Both the position numbers and the translations under genes were made by a program. From positions 7,553 to 71,552 of the forward strand of contig CAIKAF010000030.1 of assembly GCA_903825395.1 (NCBI GenBank): a stretch of 64,000 nucleotides of DNA, in the 5' to 3' direction. Below, in pieces: positions 45,893-54,868 of the stretch. The notes below the pieces were generated by a model. It did not search any database. It worked only from the letters and a program-made list of their open reading frames with translations, and was not told the origin of the DNA. The stretch comes from an uncultured Flavobacteriales bacterium (GTDB lineage Bacteria; Bacteroidota; Bacteroidia; CAIKAF01). The first letter of the stretch is position 1, and every line of letters starts with the position of its first letter.

Positions 45893-46522
45893 ATGTCATT
45901 AGTAGCGAAAAAAGCCCCTGAATTTACAGCGGCAGCGGTAATCAATGGAGAGGAAATCGTAGAGAAATTCTCCTTAAAGCAATATTTGGGTAAAAAGCAT
46001 GTTGTATTTTTCTTTTATCCAAAAGATTTCACCTTTGTTTGCCCTACGGAATTGCATGCTTTTCAAGAGAAACTAGCTGAATTTGAAAAGAGAAATGTAG
46101 CTGTTGTGGCCTGTTCAACTGACACCGAACAATCCCACTGGGGTTGGTTGCAAATGAGCAAAGAACAAGGTGGTATTCAGGGAATTACCTATCCGATTGT
46201 AGCAGATACAGATAAAACCATCGCCGCCAATTTTGGCACCTTATTTGGAGATTACGATTGGGATGAATACGGTCATTTGGTAGCAACGGGTCCGATGATT
46301 GCCTTCCGTGGATTGTTTTTAATTGACAAAGAAGGTGTAGTTCAACATGAGCTGATTAACCACTTGCCTTTGGGCCGGAATGTGGACGAGGCCTTGCGCA
46401 TGGTAGATGCCCTTCAGTTTTTTGAAGAGCGAGGCGAAGTATGTCCTGCGAACTGGCAAGCTGGTTCTGAGGGCATGAAGGCTACCCACGATGGCGTGGC
46501 CGATTACCTTTCAAAACATTAA
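45893..46522 (+). CDS. ahpC: Typical 2-Cys peroxiredoxin (AhpC/Tsa family)
   Basis: FFFYPKDFTFVCPTE peroxidatic Cys and EVCPANW resolving Cys. Confidence 0.88.
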   Translation: MSLVAKKAPEFTAAAVINGEEIVEKFSLKQYLGKKHVVFFFYPKDFTFVCPTELHAFQEKLAEFEKRNVAVVACSTDTEQSHWGWLQMSKEQGGIQGITYPIVADTDKTIAANFGTLFGDYDWDEYGHLVATGPMIAFRGLFLIDKEGVVQHELINHLPLGRNVDEALRMVDALQFFEERGEVCPANWQAGSEGMKATHDGVADYLSKH

Positions 46523-46525
46523 TGC

Positions 46526-46775
46526 CGTAAAAACGGCCGATTGGCCGTTTCGACATGCGGCATATCGCACCGTAACGCACCGTAAAAACGGCCGATAAGC
46601 CGTTTCGACATACGGCATATCGCACCGTAACGCACCGTAAAAACGGCCGATTGGCCGTTTCCATTATGCCATAACGCACCGTAGCGTAAAAACGGCCGAT
46701 TGGCCGTTTCCATTATGCCATAACGCACCGAATAGTAAAAACAACCGATAGGGCCTTTCGACATGCGGCCCGGAT
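46526..46775 (+). repeat. Tandem array of 5 hairpin units (periods 55, 55, 49, 49 bp)
   Basis: cgtaaaaacggccgattggccgtttc starts at 46526, 46581, 46636, 46685 and (degenerate) 46734. Each has an 8-bp perfect stem aaacggcc/ggccgttt with loop gatt. Inter-hairpin segments are themselves repeated. Confidence 0.85.
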
Positions 46776-46917
46776 AGAGCTAGGTAGCGCGCAAAGCACG
46801 GAAAGCAGCCTGCGTGGGCTGGGCGGGCGACCTTGGAAGCCCCGCCCGGCCCACTGCAGGCGCTTTTCCGTGCTGCGTACTACCTGCGATAGCCGGAAAA
46901 GCCGCCCCAAAAATACC
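46768..46917 (-). repeat. Family-A element, copy A6 (subfamily I)
   Basis: ggcccggatagagctaggtagcgcgcaaag...cgaccttggaag...ctgcgtactacctgcgatagccggaaaagccgccccaaaaataccc. Stems detailed in findings. Confidence 0.85.
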
Positions 46918-47044
46918 CTGCCCATTTCACCCGCGTAAAACGAGAACGGAAGAAGAAAGCAAACCCGTTGATTCATTGCTGCAGTGGCGGTGGCGGATGC
47001 GTAAAAAAACTTCATAAAATGCGGGTTTAGTGGGCACTAATTAC

Positions 47045-47052
47045 TACCTTTG
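47045..47052 (+). promoter_or_regulatory. -7 box TACCTTTG upstream of prs
   Basis: TAnnTTTG match 20 nt before ATG 47073. Confidence 0.4.
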
Positions 47053-47072
47053 CACCCTATTTGCGCGAAATC

Positions 47073-48011
47073 ATGAAAACCGGTCCTAAATTTTTTTCCG
47101 GCAGTGTTGACAGAGCACTTGCGGGAGAAATTGCCCAAGCCTATGGCTCAGGGTTAGGCGACAGCCAATTGGTCCGTTTTTCAGATGGAGAATTGCAGCC
47201 GGTGCTGGAAGAAACCGTTCGTGGATTTGATGTGTTTTTAATTCAGAGCACGGTTCCGCCGGCCGACAACTTACTGGAATTGTTGTTGATGGTGGATGCT
47301 GCCAAGCGCGCATCTGCAGACAATGTAGTGGCTGTGATTCCCTATTTTGGGATGGCAAGGCAAGACCGGAAAGACAAGCCGAGGGTGAGCATCGGTTCAA
47401 AGCTGGTAGCCAATTTATTGTCGGCTGCGGGGGTAACCCGAGTGATGACAATGGATTTGCATGCCGACCAAATTCAGGGATTTTTCGATGTGCCGGTAGA
47501 TCACCTGTATGCTTCTTCCATATTTGCTCCCCACATGCAATCTCTGGGCATTCCAGCTGAAGATTTAGTGGTTGCTTCGCCAGATATTGGTGGTTCAAAG
47601 CGGGCAAATGCCTATTCCAAATTCTTAGGATGCGGAATGGTTATGCTGTACAAAGAGCGGGTTCAGGCCAACCAAATTCAGTCTATGACCTTGATTGGAG
47701 ATGTAAAGGGCAAGCATGTTATATTGGTAGATGACCTCTGCGATACGGCCGGGACATTGACCAAAGCGGCCAATATTATGGCCGATAACGGAGCCGCATC
47801 TGTGCGTGCGTATTGTACCCATGGCATTCTTTCCGGAGATGCCGTTAAAAAAATTCAAGATTCAGCGCTCAATCATTTTATTACAACCAACTCAGTTCCT
47901 CAGCGTCAAGCGTTTGAGAAACTCGAAGTGTTGTCGGTGGCCCCTCTTTTTGGAGAGGTTATTCGTAAATTGGTGAACGATGAATCCATTAGTTCCTCTT
48001 TTTTGTTTTAA
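47073..48011 (+). CDS. prs: Ribose-phosphate pyrophosphokinase
   Basis: FSDGE, YFGMARQDRK, DLHADQIQGFF and VILVDDLCDTAGTL PRPP-binding loop. The ATG at 47073 is preferred over the TTG at 47061. Confidence 0.95.
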   Translation: MKTGPKFFSGSVDRALAGEIAQAYGSGLGDSQLVRFSDGELQPVLEETVRGFDVFLIQSTVPPADNLLELLLMVDAAKRASADNVVAVIPYFGMARQDRKDKPRVSIGSKLVANLLSAAGVTRVMTMDLHADQIQGFFDVPVDHLYASSIFAPHMQSLGIPAEDLVVASPDIGGSKRANAYSKFLGCGMVMLYKERVQANQIQSMTLIGDVKGKHVILVDDLCDTAGTLTKAANIMADNGAASVRAYCTHGILSGDAVKKIQDSALNHFITTNSVPQRQAFEKLEVLSVAPLFGEVIRKLVNDESISSSFLF

Positions 48012-48037
48012 TTCGTAGTCCGAAAAGTTCCTTTATC

Positions 48038-48616
48038 ATGAAAACGTTTGAATTGCAAGGCCAGTTGAGGTCTGAAATCGGGAAGAAAGACTCCAAGGCC
48101 GTGCGCCGGGAGGGTGGAATCCCTTGTGTATTGTATGGAGGCGCCGAGCCCGTGCATTTTTCTGTAAAAACACCCGATGTGCGCCACTTGGTGTACACTC
48201 CCAATGTGTATTTTGTTGAATTGAATTTGGATGGGAAAAAGCAAATGGCGGTCCTTAAAGACCTTCAGACGCATCCAGTAAGCGATGCCATTTTGCACAT
48301 GGATTTCCAAACCATACAAGACGACAAGCCGGTGGCCATGTCGATTCCGGTTACAGTGGGTGGAAACTCGCCCGGTGTTCGAAACGGTGGTAAGTTGGTG
48401 GTTAACCTACGGAAGTTGGCCGTTTCTGCGCTTCCGAAAAATATGCCCGACCAAATTACCGTTGATATCTCAAATCTGAACATCGGTGATGGTTTGCGTA
48501 TTCGTGAAATCGAACAAGAAGGCGTTGTTTTCTTGGAAAATGGATCGATTGTCGTGACGGCAGTACGCATGACCCGTAGCGCTCGCTCGGCTCAAGCCTC
48601 TGCTGACAGCAAATAA
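48038..48616 (+). CDS. rplY: 50S ribosomal protein L25/general stress protein Ctc
   Basis: R...GK..SKAVRREGGIPCVLYG N-terminus and the two-domain Ctc length. Confidence 0.9.
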   Translation: MKTFELQGQLRSEIGKKDSKAVRREGGIPCVLYGGAEPVHFSVKTPDVRHLVYTPNVYFVELNLDGKKQMAVLKDLQTHPVSDAILHMDFQTIQDDKPVAMSIPVTVGGNSPGVRNGGKLVVNLRKLAVSALPKNMPDQITVDISNLNIGDGLRIREIEQEGVVFLENGSIVVTAVRMTRSARSAQASADSK

Positions 48617-48660
48617 ATTCAGTGCCGCTTTTTGAGCGGTTTTAATTTAATTCTAGTTAT

Positions 48661-48687
48661 CCCCGCCTTCACGGGCGGGGATTTTTC
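48661..48687 (+). terminator. Rho-independent terminator after rplY
   Basis: ccccgcc-ttcac-gggcgggg followed by attttt. Confidence 0.8.
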
Positions 48688-48840
48688 TATTTTGTCTGGA
48701 TTCAATCCCTGGGCAATTTCATGTTGATGTTTCGTTGCTGCCTAGAAGGGCTGGATTATTGGGATTGCTTGGGGAAGGCGTGTCTCGGATTGTATTCAAC
48801 GGATTCTCTACCTTTAACCTTCTAATTGCAGACAAACATC

Positions 48841-49425
48841 ATGGGTATTTTTCTATTGGTTGGATTAGGAAATCCGGGTGATGCATACCGAAACACCAGG
48901 CACAACATCGGGTTTGATGTGGTGGATGCCATCGCCACAAAACTAAACCTTGAATGGAAAACCGATCGGTTTGGCTGGCTGGCGCGGGGAAAATACAAAA
49001 GCCGATCTCTGCTGTTGTTGAAACCCAACACCTATATGAACAAATCTGGAGATGCCGTCCGGCATTGGGTGAACGCCGAACATATTGAGCCTGAAGCCCT
49101 TCTGGTTGTAACCGATGACTTGGCCCTTCCGCTGGGGCAATTGCGCCTTCGCCCAAAAGGAGGAGCCGGTGGACACAATGGACTGTCGGACATTGAACGC
49201 GCATTAGGGCATCAACAGTATGCCAGAATGCGGTTTGGAATAGATCGGAAATTTAAAAGCGGTCAACAGAGCGATTATGTGCTTGGCGCTTGGGAGGCTG
49301 AAGACCTAAGCACGGTTGCATTTTCGAAAGAACGGGCAGCTGAAGGTGCATTGCTTTGGGTATTTCAGGGACTTTCACGGGCAATGAATACGGTGAATGT
49401 CAATCCGCCGAATCCTGAAATCTAA
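48841..49425 (+). CDS. pth: Peptidyl-tRNA hydrolase
   Basis: LLVGLGNPG..Y..TRHNIGF and GGHNGL motifs. The ATG at 48841 is preferred over the TTG at 48826. Confidence 0.9.
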   Translation: MGIFLLVGLGNPGDAYRNTRHNIGFDVVDAIATKLNLEWKTDRFGWLARGKYKSRSLLLLKPNTYMNKSGDAVRHWVNAEHIEPEALLVVTDDLALPLGQLRLRPKGGAGGHNGLSDIERALGHQQYARMRFGIDRKFKSGQQSDYVLGAWEAEDLSTVAFSKERAAEGALLWVFQGLSRAMNTVNVNPPNPEI

Positions 49426-49485
49426 CTGAGTTTAGGTGGAGGGGAAGAGTGGGGACCTTGAGGGATCAGGCAGAGAAAAAACCTT

Positions 49486-49871
49486 CCTAATTTGTCTGTT
49501 TTAGTACAACACATGCCGCAGGGTAGGAAATCCAAACCATTGATAATAACAGGGTATAAAAGGAATCCAGGTTCAACATCCATTTTTTAACCCAAAGGCC
49601 GCAAAGGGAGCCGCAAGGTTTGTAAAAATGTCACCTACAATAATGTCAGCCCTACGGGGTTTTGATGTCCTGAGCTCCATTATAACCATGGGGGGCTTAC
49701 ACTTAGATGTCGCCCTCTGTGAACTTTGCGCCGACTTGTAGCCCTTTGCGGTAAAAAAATAGCATCAATACCCAACTGCCATTTTTTAACACAAAGGCCG
49801 CCAAGGGAGCCGCAATGTTCGCAAAGGAGCCTCGGAACCTAACTTGTCTGTTTTAGTAAAACACATGCCGC
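49486..49871 (+). repeat. Family-B composite repeat, left copy (core IR-L 49590-49832, one 52-bp unit at 49635-49686) bracketed by 34-bp Z direct repeats
   Basis: cctaa(t/c)ttgtctgttttagta(c/a)aacacatgccgc at 49486-49519 and 49838-49871. The core is the reverse complement of 51720-52128. Confidence 0.85.
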
Positions 49872-50164
49872 ATTAAATGAAATACAAAATATTGACAACC
49901 AACAATTTATAAAATAAAAAACACAGCAGGGACATGCAGGGAAAAAGCCTTCGGGTTGGTCTGAAATTTGAAAAAATGAAGGGTTAAAAGAGGGGACGTT
50001 AAGACAGTCTAATGATTTGGAGCTATACGAAGTTGACGATTTCAACGCCATTCAATGTCAACTAGTCATAAACTTTAATCGATGCAAACAGCTTGATTTA
50101 ACACCTGAATCGGCACTTTTGAGTAGGCGTTGTTGGTGCTTCTTTCTTCGTTCAATTCATTTGT

Positions 50165-51478
50165 TTATTGTTTGATGAGTTTGTACGTATAGACAGCCTT
50201 TTCTGTTTGAGCTTTTATCAAATACGTCCCATTCGAGTAGTTTCTTAGATGAAACTGATTTTCGCTGGTTTCTTTTATTAACTGACCTTGCAGGTCGAAT
50301 ACCTTTACATTCTGAATCGTCTGGTTGGGTATTTCAATTTGGACATCTCCATCCGTTGGGTTTGGGTAAACGGTAATCTGTTTTTCTGGAATTGTACTTT
50401 CAGCAAGTCCAACAGTGTTCATTATTAAAGTGGAAAGCAACTGAATAGAAACTTGATAGGCCTGGGCTGGAAGTTGATTGATTAGAACACAAATGATAAT
50501 TCCTGTGGCTGTATCATACATCATGGAAGAATTATACCCTCCCCAAATAGTGCCACCGTGCGTCCAAACTGTTCTTCCATTAACCGTGGCCTGACTAATT
50601 CCCATGCCATAATTCCCAGACCCAACAAAAGTCGTTAATTCACTAAACGAATTGGAATTTAAAACCTGACCATTCATAAGCGCCTTATACCATTGAATCA
50701 TTTCCCATGATGTGGAGTACATAGCACCTGCTGCCCATGCTGCGCTATTTACAGAAGTTCTTGGGATGGAATTGTTGTTTACCCCGGCCTGCCAGGGGTG
50801 TGCAATAGGGAACAACATCGTTTCATATACATCCAGAAAAGTGCTGTCGAGTTGAAGAGGAGTTAAAATATGATCCCGCAAAAGCTGACTGTAACTTTGT
50901 CCGGTAGCACTTTCAGCAATCATGCCTGCAAGAAGGTAATTCGTGTTGCAATAGTTCCAACTTGTGCCTGCGGGAAATAGAGGGGGACCAGCCCATGTTA
51001 AAAGCTCCGTGGCCGTAAATACACGATTGGGATTTGCTAGCATGGAATCGGAATAGCCCGTAACGCTTGTGACGTCAGACAAACCACTGGTATGATTTAG
51101 CAGTTGTCGTATGGTGATATTTGAGTCTATATTATTAAAAGCTGGCACATATTGATGCAAGGCATCATCCAACTGGATTGCATTCATTTCAGCTAATTTC
51201 AATAAAAGTACTCCGGTAAATAATTTTGTATTGCTGGCGATGCCGAACAACATATTGGATGTCATCGGTGTGCCGGGATGTGAAATTCCTGTTGCTCCTT
51301 TCCATGAGCCCATTCCCGGATAAATAACACTTGCAGAAATCCCTTTTAGATTGTCGGCGGTTCTGATGCTGTCAATTTTGTATTGCAGTTCATTTGCTAA
51401 AAAAGGGCTCAACGTCTGTGCATTGACAATGCGTATCAAGCTCAAAAGAGCTACAATAAGGCCACATTTATTTTTCAT
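50165..51478 (-). CDS. Beta-lactamase-fold serine hydrolase (class C/PBP4*-like) with T9SS C-terminal sorting domain
   Basis: Signal peptide, SxxK motif (ASNTK), YCNTNY. C-terminal ITVYPNPTDGDVQIEI...GTYLIKAQT tail. Confidence 0.8.
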   Translation of the reverse strand: MKNKCGLIVALLSLIRIVNAQTLSPFLANELQYKIDSIRTADNLKGISASVIYPGMGSWKGATGISHPGTPMTSNMLFGIASNTKLFTGVLLLKLAEMNAIQLDDALHQYVPAFNNIDSNITIRQLLNHTSGLSDVTSVTGYSDSMLANPNRVFTATELLTWAGPPLFPAGTSWNYCNTNYLLAGMIAESATGQSYSQLLRDHILTPLQLDSTFLDVYETMLFPIAHPWQAGVNNNSIPRTSVNSAAWAAGAMYSTSWEMIQWYKALMNGQVLNSNSFSELTTFVGSGNYGMGISQATVNGRTVWTHGGTIWGGYNSSMMYDTATGIIICVLINQLPAQAYQVSIQLLSTLIMNTVGLAESTIPEKQITVYPNPTDGDVQIEIPNQTIQNVKVFDLQGQLIKETSENQFHLRNYSNGTYLIKAQTEKAVYTYKLIKQ

Positions 51479-51719
51479 TTGATTTCTTTCTAAGTGGTTG
51501 TTTGACTTTTATTGCTCTTTTAGGTTTTAAAATATTGAGTTTTAACGCATGAAGGGAGCCTAGTTCTGGCGGCTATAAACCTGGCCTAATTAGAAAAATT
51601 GGTTGTATTAACCCCGATTTTTTTCATCTCCAAAGTATGATTTTTTCACAAATCGGCAGCGGCCAACCTGATTTATTATGGTTGTTGGTGGATAAGTTAG
51701 GTGCGTGGTGGCATTACGA

Positions 51720-52290
51720 GACTCCTTTGCGAACATTGAGGCTCCCTTGCGGCCCTTGTGTTAAAAAATGGCAGTTGGGTATTGATGCTTTTTTTTACCG
51801 CAAAGGGCTCAAAGTCGGCGCAAAGTTCACGGAGGGCGATATCTAAGTGTAAGCCCCCGATAGTAATAATAGAGCTCAAGACATTAAAACCGCGTAGGGC
51901 TGATATTATTGTGGAACGTAATGCAGCTCACAACACCAGAACCCCGTAGGGCTGACATTATTGTAGAAAGTATTCAGGCTCACAACACCAGAACCCCGTA
52001 GGGGTGATATTATTGTAGAAAGAATTCAGGCTCACAACACCAGAACCCCGTAGGGGTGACATTATTGTAGGTGACATTTTTGCGAAAATTGAGGCTCCCA
52101 TTGCGGGCGTTGTGTTAACAAATGGCGGTTGGGCCTTGATGCCTTTTTTACCACAAAGGGCTCCAAGTCGGCGCAAAGGGCACAGAGTTTATGTCGTGTG
52201 GCGAGAGTGTGCAGGAGTTTGGAGGCTCCTTTGCGAACATTGCGGCTCCCTTTAAGGACTTTGTGTTAAAAAAACAGCTCTATTCCTTCT
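51720..52290 (-). repeat. Family-B composite repeat, right copy (IR-R 51720-52128 with 4 x 52-bp units, plus a further partial copy to ~52290)
   Basis: ctcctttgcgaacattgaggctcccttgcggcccttgtgttaaaaaatggcagttgggtattgatgc...caaagttcacggagggcgatatctaagtgtaagccccc nearly matches the reverse complement of 49690-49832. Unit landmarks accccgtagg at 51889, 51941, 51993 and 52045. Confidence 0.85.
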
Positions 52291-52423
52291 GCGCTTTTAG
52301 AATTGGCATTTCGCCACCGGAAGGTGCAGGTGCCGAGGAACTAATTATCCCTCTTTGCACCCAAATCCAAAGTCCATTGCTATAAAAATGGATTTCAGTC
52401 TAAAACAAACAAGGGCAATGCGC

Positions 52424-54868
52424 CTAATAATGAATCACCTCGCATTCAGGGTGCAGGCGTTTAAATCCGGCCGCCTCTTTCGCAGATATTCGGGTGTTGA
52501 ATATTTTGAGGGTTCTTAGCTCCATTAATTTTTCCGCCGGCTTCAATCGCTTTACACGGGTGCCCGATACATCCAAATGCCTTAGATCGGTATAGCGTTC
52601 TATGCCCTCCAGATTTTCTAAAGGACAGGAAGCCAATTCAAGCCTGCGTAGCCGTTCCAAGGATGGTAAAACCTGTAGTTTTGCAATTAAAGTGGCAGAG
52701 GCATTCACCGCTTCAAGCTCCACTAAGCCCTGTAAATCCAAAAGGCTGACCAAGGGATTTCCAGAAACATCAAGCCGCTTTAATCTCCGCAGAGAAGCCA
52801 CAAAAGCAAGATCATTTAGACCGGATTCAGGCAAAATCAATTCTTCCAAAAAGGGCATAAAAACGGCAGGGCCCGGACCTTTAAGTCCAGATTGAACCGG
52901 TTTTTGCAGTCGTGTGGCTTGTTCCAACTGATGCAAGGCCAATTTGCCCGGCAATTCAGGATTGCCTGCCAACATCACGGATTTCCAGTTTGAATCCAAC
53001 GCATCCCATTGTTGCTGCAACCAGTCGCTATGCCAAATAAAATTCCATTCCGGATGAGCAAAGGCCAAATCTAAGGTTTTACTGTAGGCCAGCGGATTCC
53101 CATCCAAATACACCTTCCCAAGATTGTTCAGACCCAACATGGGGGAGGCATCGGCAATGCTGTTGTTCTCGGCACGCAACACCCGCAACCGTGCCAATCC
53201 CGAAATCCAGTTCAAATTATCCATTCCGGTAGAATTGACCTCCAGGTACTCTAACTTTTTAAATCCGCTGATAACCTCAACGTTTTTAAGGGGGGTACCC
53301 GAAAGGATTAAGTACCGTAATTCTGAGACCGGTTTTAACAAGGCTAAATCTAGGGTGTCGGTATGTGAATAGCTTAGGCTGTCGAGCCGGATAAGCGCTT
53401 GAAAAAACTCTTTGCTTCCGGGTGTCCAGCCCTTTGCTCCTTCATCTAAAATAAGCTTTAGCTTGCTGGGCAAGCCCTTCCACCAGCGTTTGATATCGGC
53501 CGTTCCAAACACCAATGTAATGTGGGGAGCAGCCTGCCGAAATGCCTGGGCCTCTTTTTGGGTGAGGGCACTCCCGTCGCAAAACACATAGACCAAATTT
53601 TTTGAGGGGGCCAATGGCATAATCGAACCCACTGGAGTGGTTTCCAAATAAATTCGACTCAAAGCAGGCAACGATGCCAAGGGCCGAACATCGCTTATTG
53701 GACAATTATTTAAACTGAGAACACTTAAATTGGGAAAGCCCGCCAGGGGCTGCACATCGGCCACTTGGGTACTGTCTAAAATAAGGTGCTGAAGATTGCC
53801 CGACAACTGAATGTTGGCGATATCAACTATAGGGCAGCCCGTTAAATCCGCGAATTTCAAACCAACAAGCCGATTTATTTCATTGGCATCCGAAATCAAA
53901 GTACGCCTAAGTTGAATCGACTGCAGTCCATCCAAAAACCGAAGCGGGGACAAATCTAAGACGGGCGTGTGGCTCACATCCAAATACAGCAGCTGATTCA
54001 AGTTCCGCAATGCCGTTAAATCATCCACCTTTGTGCCGCGTAAGGCCAGCCATTTCAATTGTCCGAATTGAGCTAGAGGACCCAAGTCGTTAAGCCATGG
54101 GGCATAACTTAAGTCGAGGCTGTCGGTTGCCAACACTTGCAACAGCTGTTCTGCCAGCCATTTGGGCTCGATGGCAATGGATTCTCCCGACACCGTATAC
54201 CTGTTTCCAACGGCAGCTAAGGAATCAAAGGCCAGAATGTCCGACAAAAATCCAGTGTTGTTGGGCAGTGAAATCGAAGCGGAAACAAACCTCTTCCATG
54301 GAAAGCTTAATGTTGTCCACCACTGCAGCAAATCTTCCTCCAATCCCTTGCGGCTGGTATAAATGGAAACAATATATAGGACTTGGCGTTGTTCGTCCAA
54401 TTCGATTTCAAAAAAACGGGTTTGCCGATTTTCAATCGGACGGCCATCTAAATCTATAGCGGTCAATGTGCGCTGGGTTTCAACCAAAAAATACGGTCGC
54501 CCCAGTTGATTGATTTTTCGTTCAGACCGAACCAAGACGTGTTGGAACTTGACGCGCTTGAAGAAAAAATCCACATCCCGAAGGTAGGCCTGAACCTCCT
54601 TGTTGGTCACCTCCCTTCGGTTTTCAATCAAATCATCTTCAATCAACACTTTGGCATCCCGAAACACGCGCAGATAACTTTCACGGGCAATGGTTTCTTT
54701 ATCGGATGTATAAGCGGAATCGCTGCCCAATATGTTCAGGGAATAGGAATACCAATCAATCATGCGCTGGATGTCATTGGTCCAACGGTCATTGTCATTC
54801 TGAGCCAACCCGGGCTGAAGCAGGCCCAGAAAGAACAAACCACACACCCACAGCCGCCACTTATTCAT
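52424..54868 (-). CDS. Secreted leucine-rich-repeat (LRR) protein, 814 aa, with a non-LRR N-terminal domain
   Basis: Signal peptide MNKWRLWVCGLFFLGLLQPGLAQ. Many L..L..L.L..T.(I/V).D(L/I)..L units in residues ~250-810. Confidence 0.75.
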   Translation of the reverse strand: MNKWRLWVCGLFFLGLLQPGLAQNDNDRWTNDIQRMIDWYSYSLNILGSDSAYTSDKETIARESYLRVFRDAKVLIEDDLIENRREVTNKEVQAYLRDVDFFFKRVKFQHVLVRSERKINQLGRPYFLVETQRTLTAIDLDGRPIENRQTRFFEIELDEQRQVLYIVSIYTSRKGLEEDLLQWWTTLSFPWKRFVSASISLPNNTGFLSDILAFDSLAAVGNRYTVSGESIAIEPKWLAEQLLQVLATDSLDLSYAPWLNDLGPLAQFGQLKWLALRGTKVDDLTALRNLNQLLYLDVSHTPVLDLSPLRFLDGLQSIQLRRTLISDANEINRLVGLKFADLTGCPIVDIANIQLSGNLQHLILDSTQVADVQPLAGFPNLSVLSLNNCPISDVRPLASLPALSRIYLETTPVGSIMPLAPSKNLVYVFCDGSALTQKEAQAFRQAAPHITLVFGTADIKRWWKGLPSKLKLILDEGAKGWTPGSKEFFQALIRLDSLSYSHTDTLDLALLKPVSELRYLILSGTPLKNVEVISGFKKLEYLEVNSTGMDNLNWISGLARLRVLRAENNSIADASPMLGLNNLGKVYLDGNPLAYSKTLDLAFAHPEWNFIWHSDWLQQQWDALDSNWKSVMLAGNPELPGKLALHQLEQATRLQKPVQSGLKGPGPAVFMPFLEELILPESGLNDLAFVASLRRLKRLDVSGNPLVSLLDLQGLVELEAVNASATLIAKLQVLPSLERLRRLELASCPLENLEGIERYTDLRHLDVSGTRVKRLKPAEKLMELRTLKIFNTRISAKEAAGFKRLHPECEVIHY

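Noticed and set aside
46526-46775. Possible CRISPR array (regularly spaced hairpin repeats)
   Set aside because: The segments between hairpins are themselves repeated, not unique spacers. The periods are 49-55 bp with only 5 units, and no cas genes are present. I call it a tandem repeat.
47086-47607. 173-aa minus-strand ORF
   Set aside because: It is antisense to prs, whose product has all the canonical motifs.
49486-52290. Calling the repeat-flanked beta-lactamase-fold gene a composite transposon or mobile_element
   Set aside because: There is no transposase, integrase or recognisable terminal-inverted-repeat/target-duplication signature of a known IS. I report it only as an inverted repeat pair.
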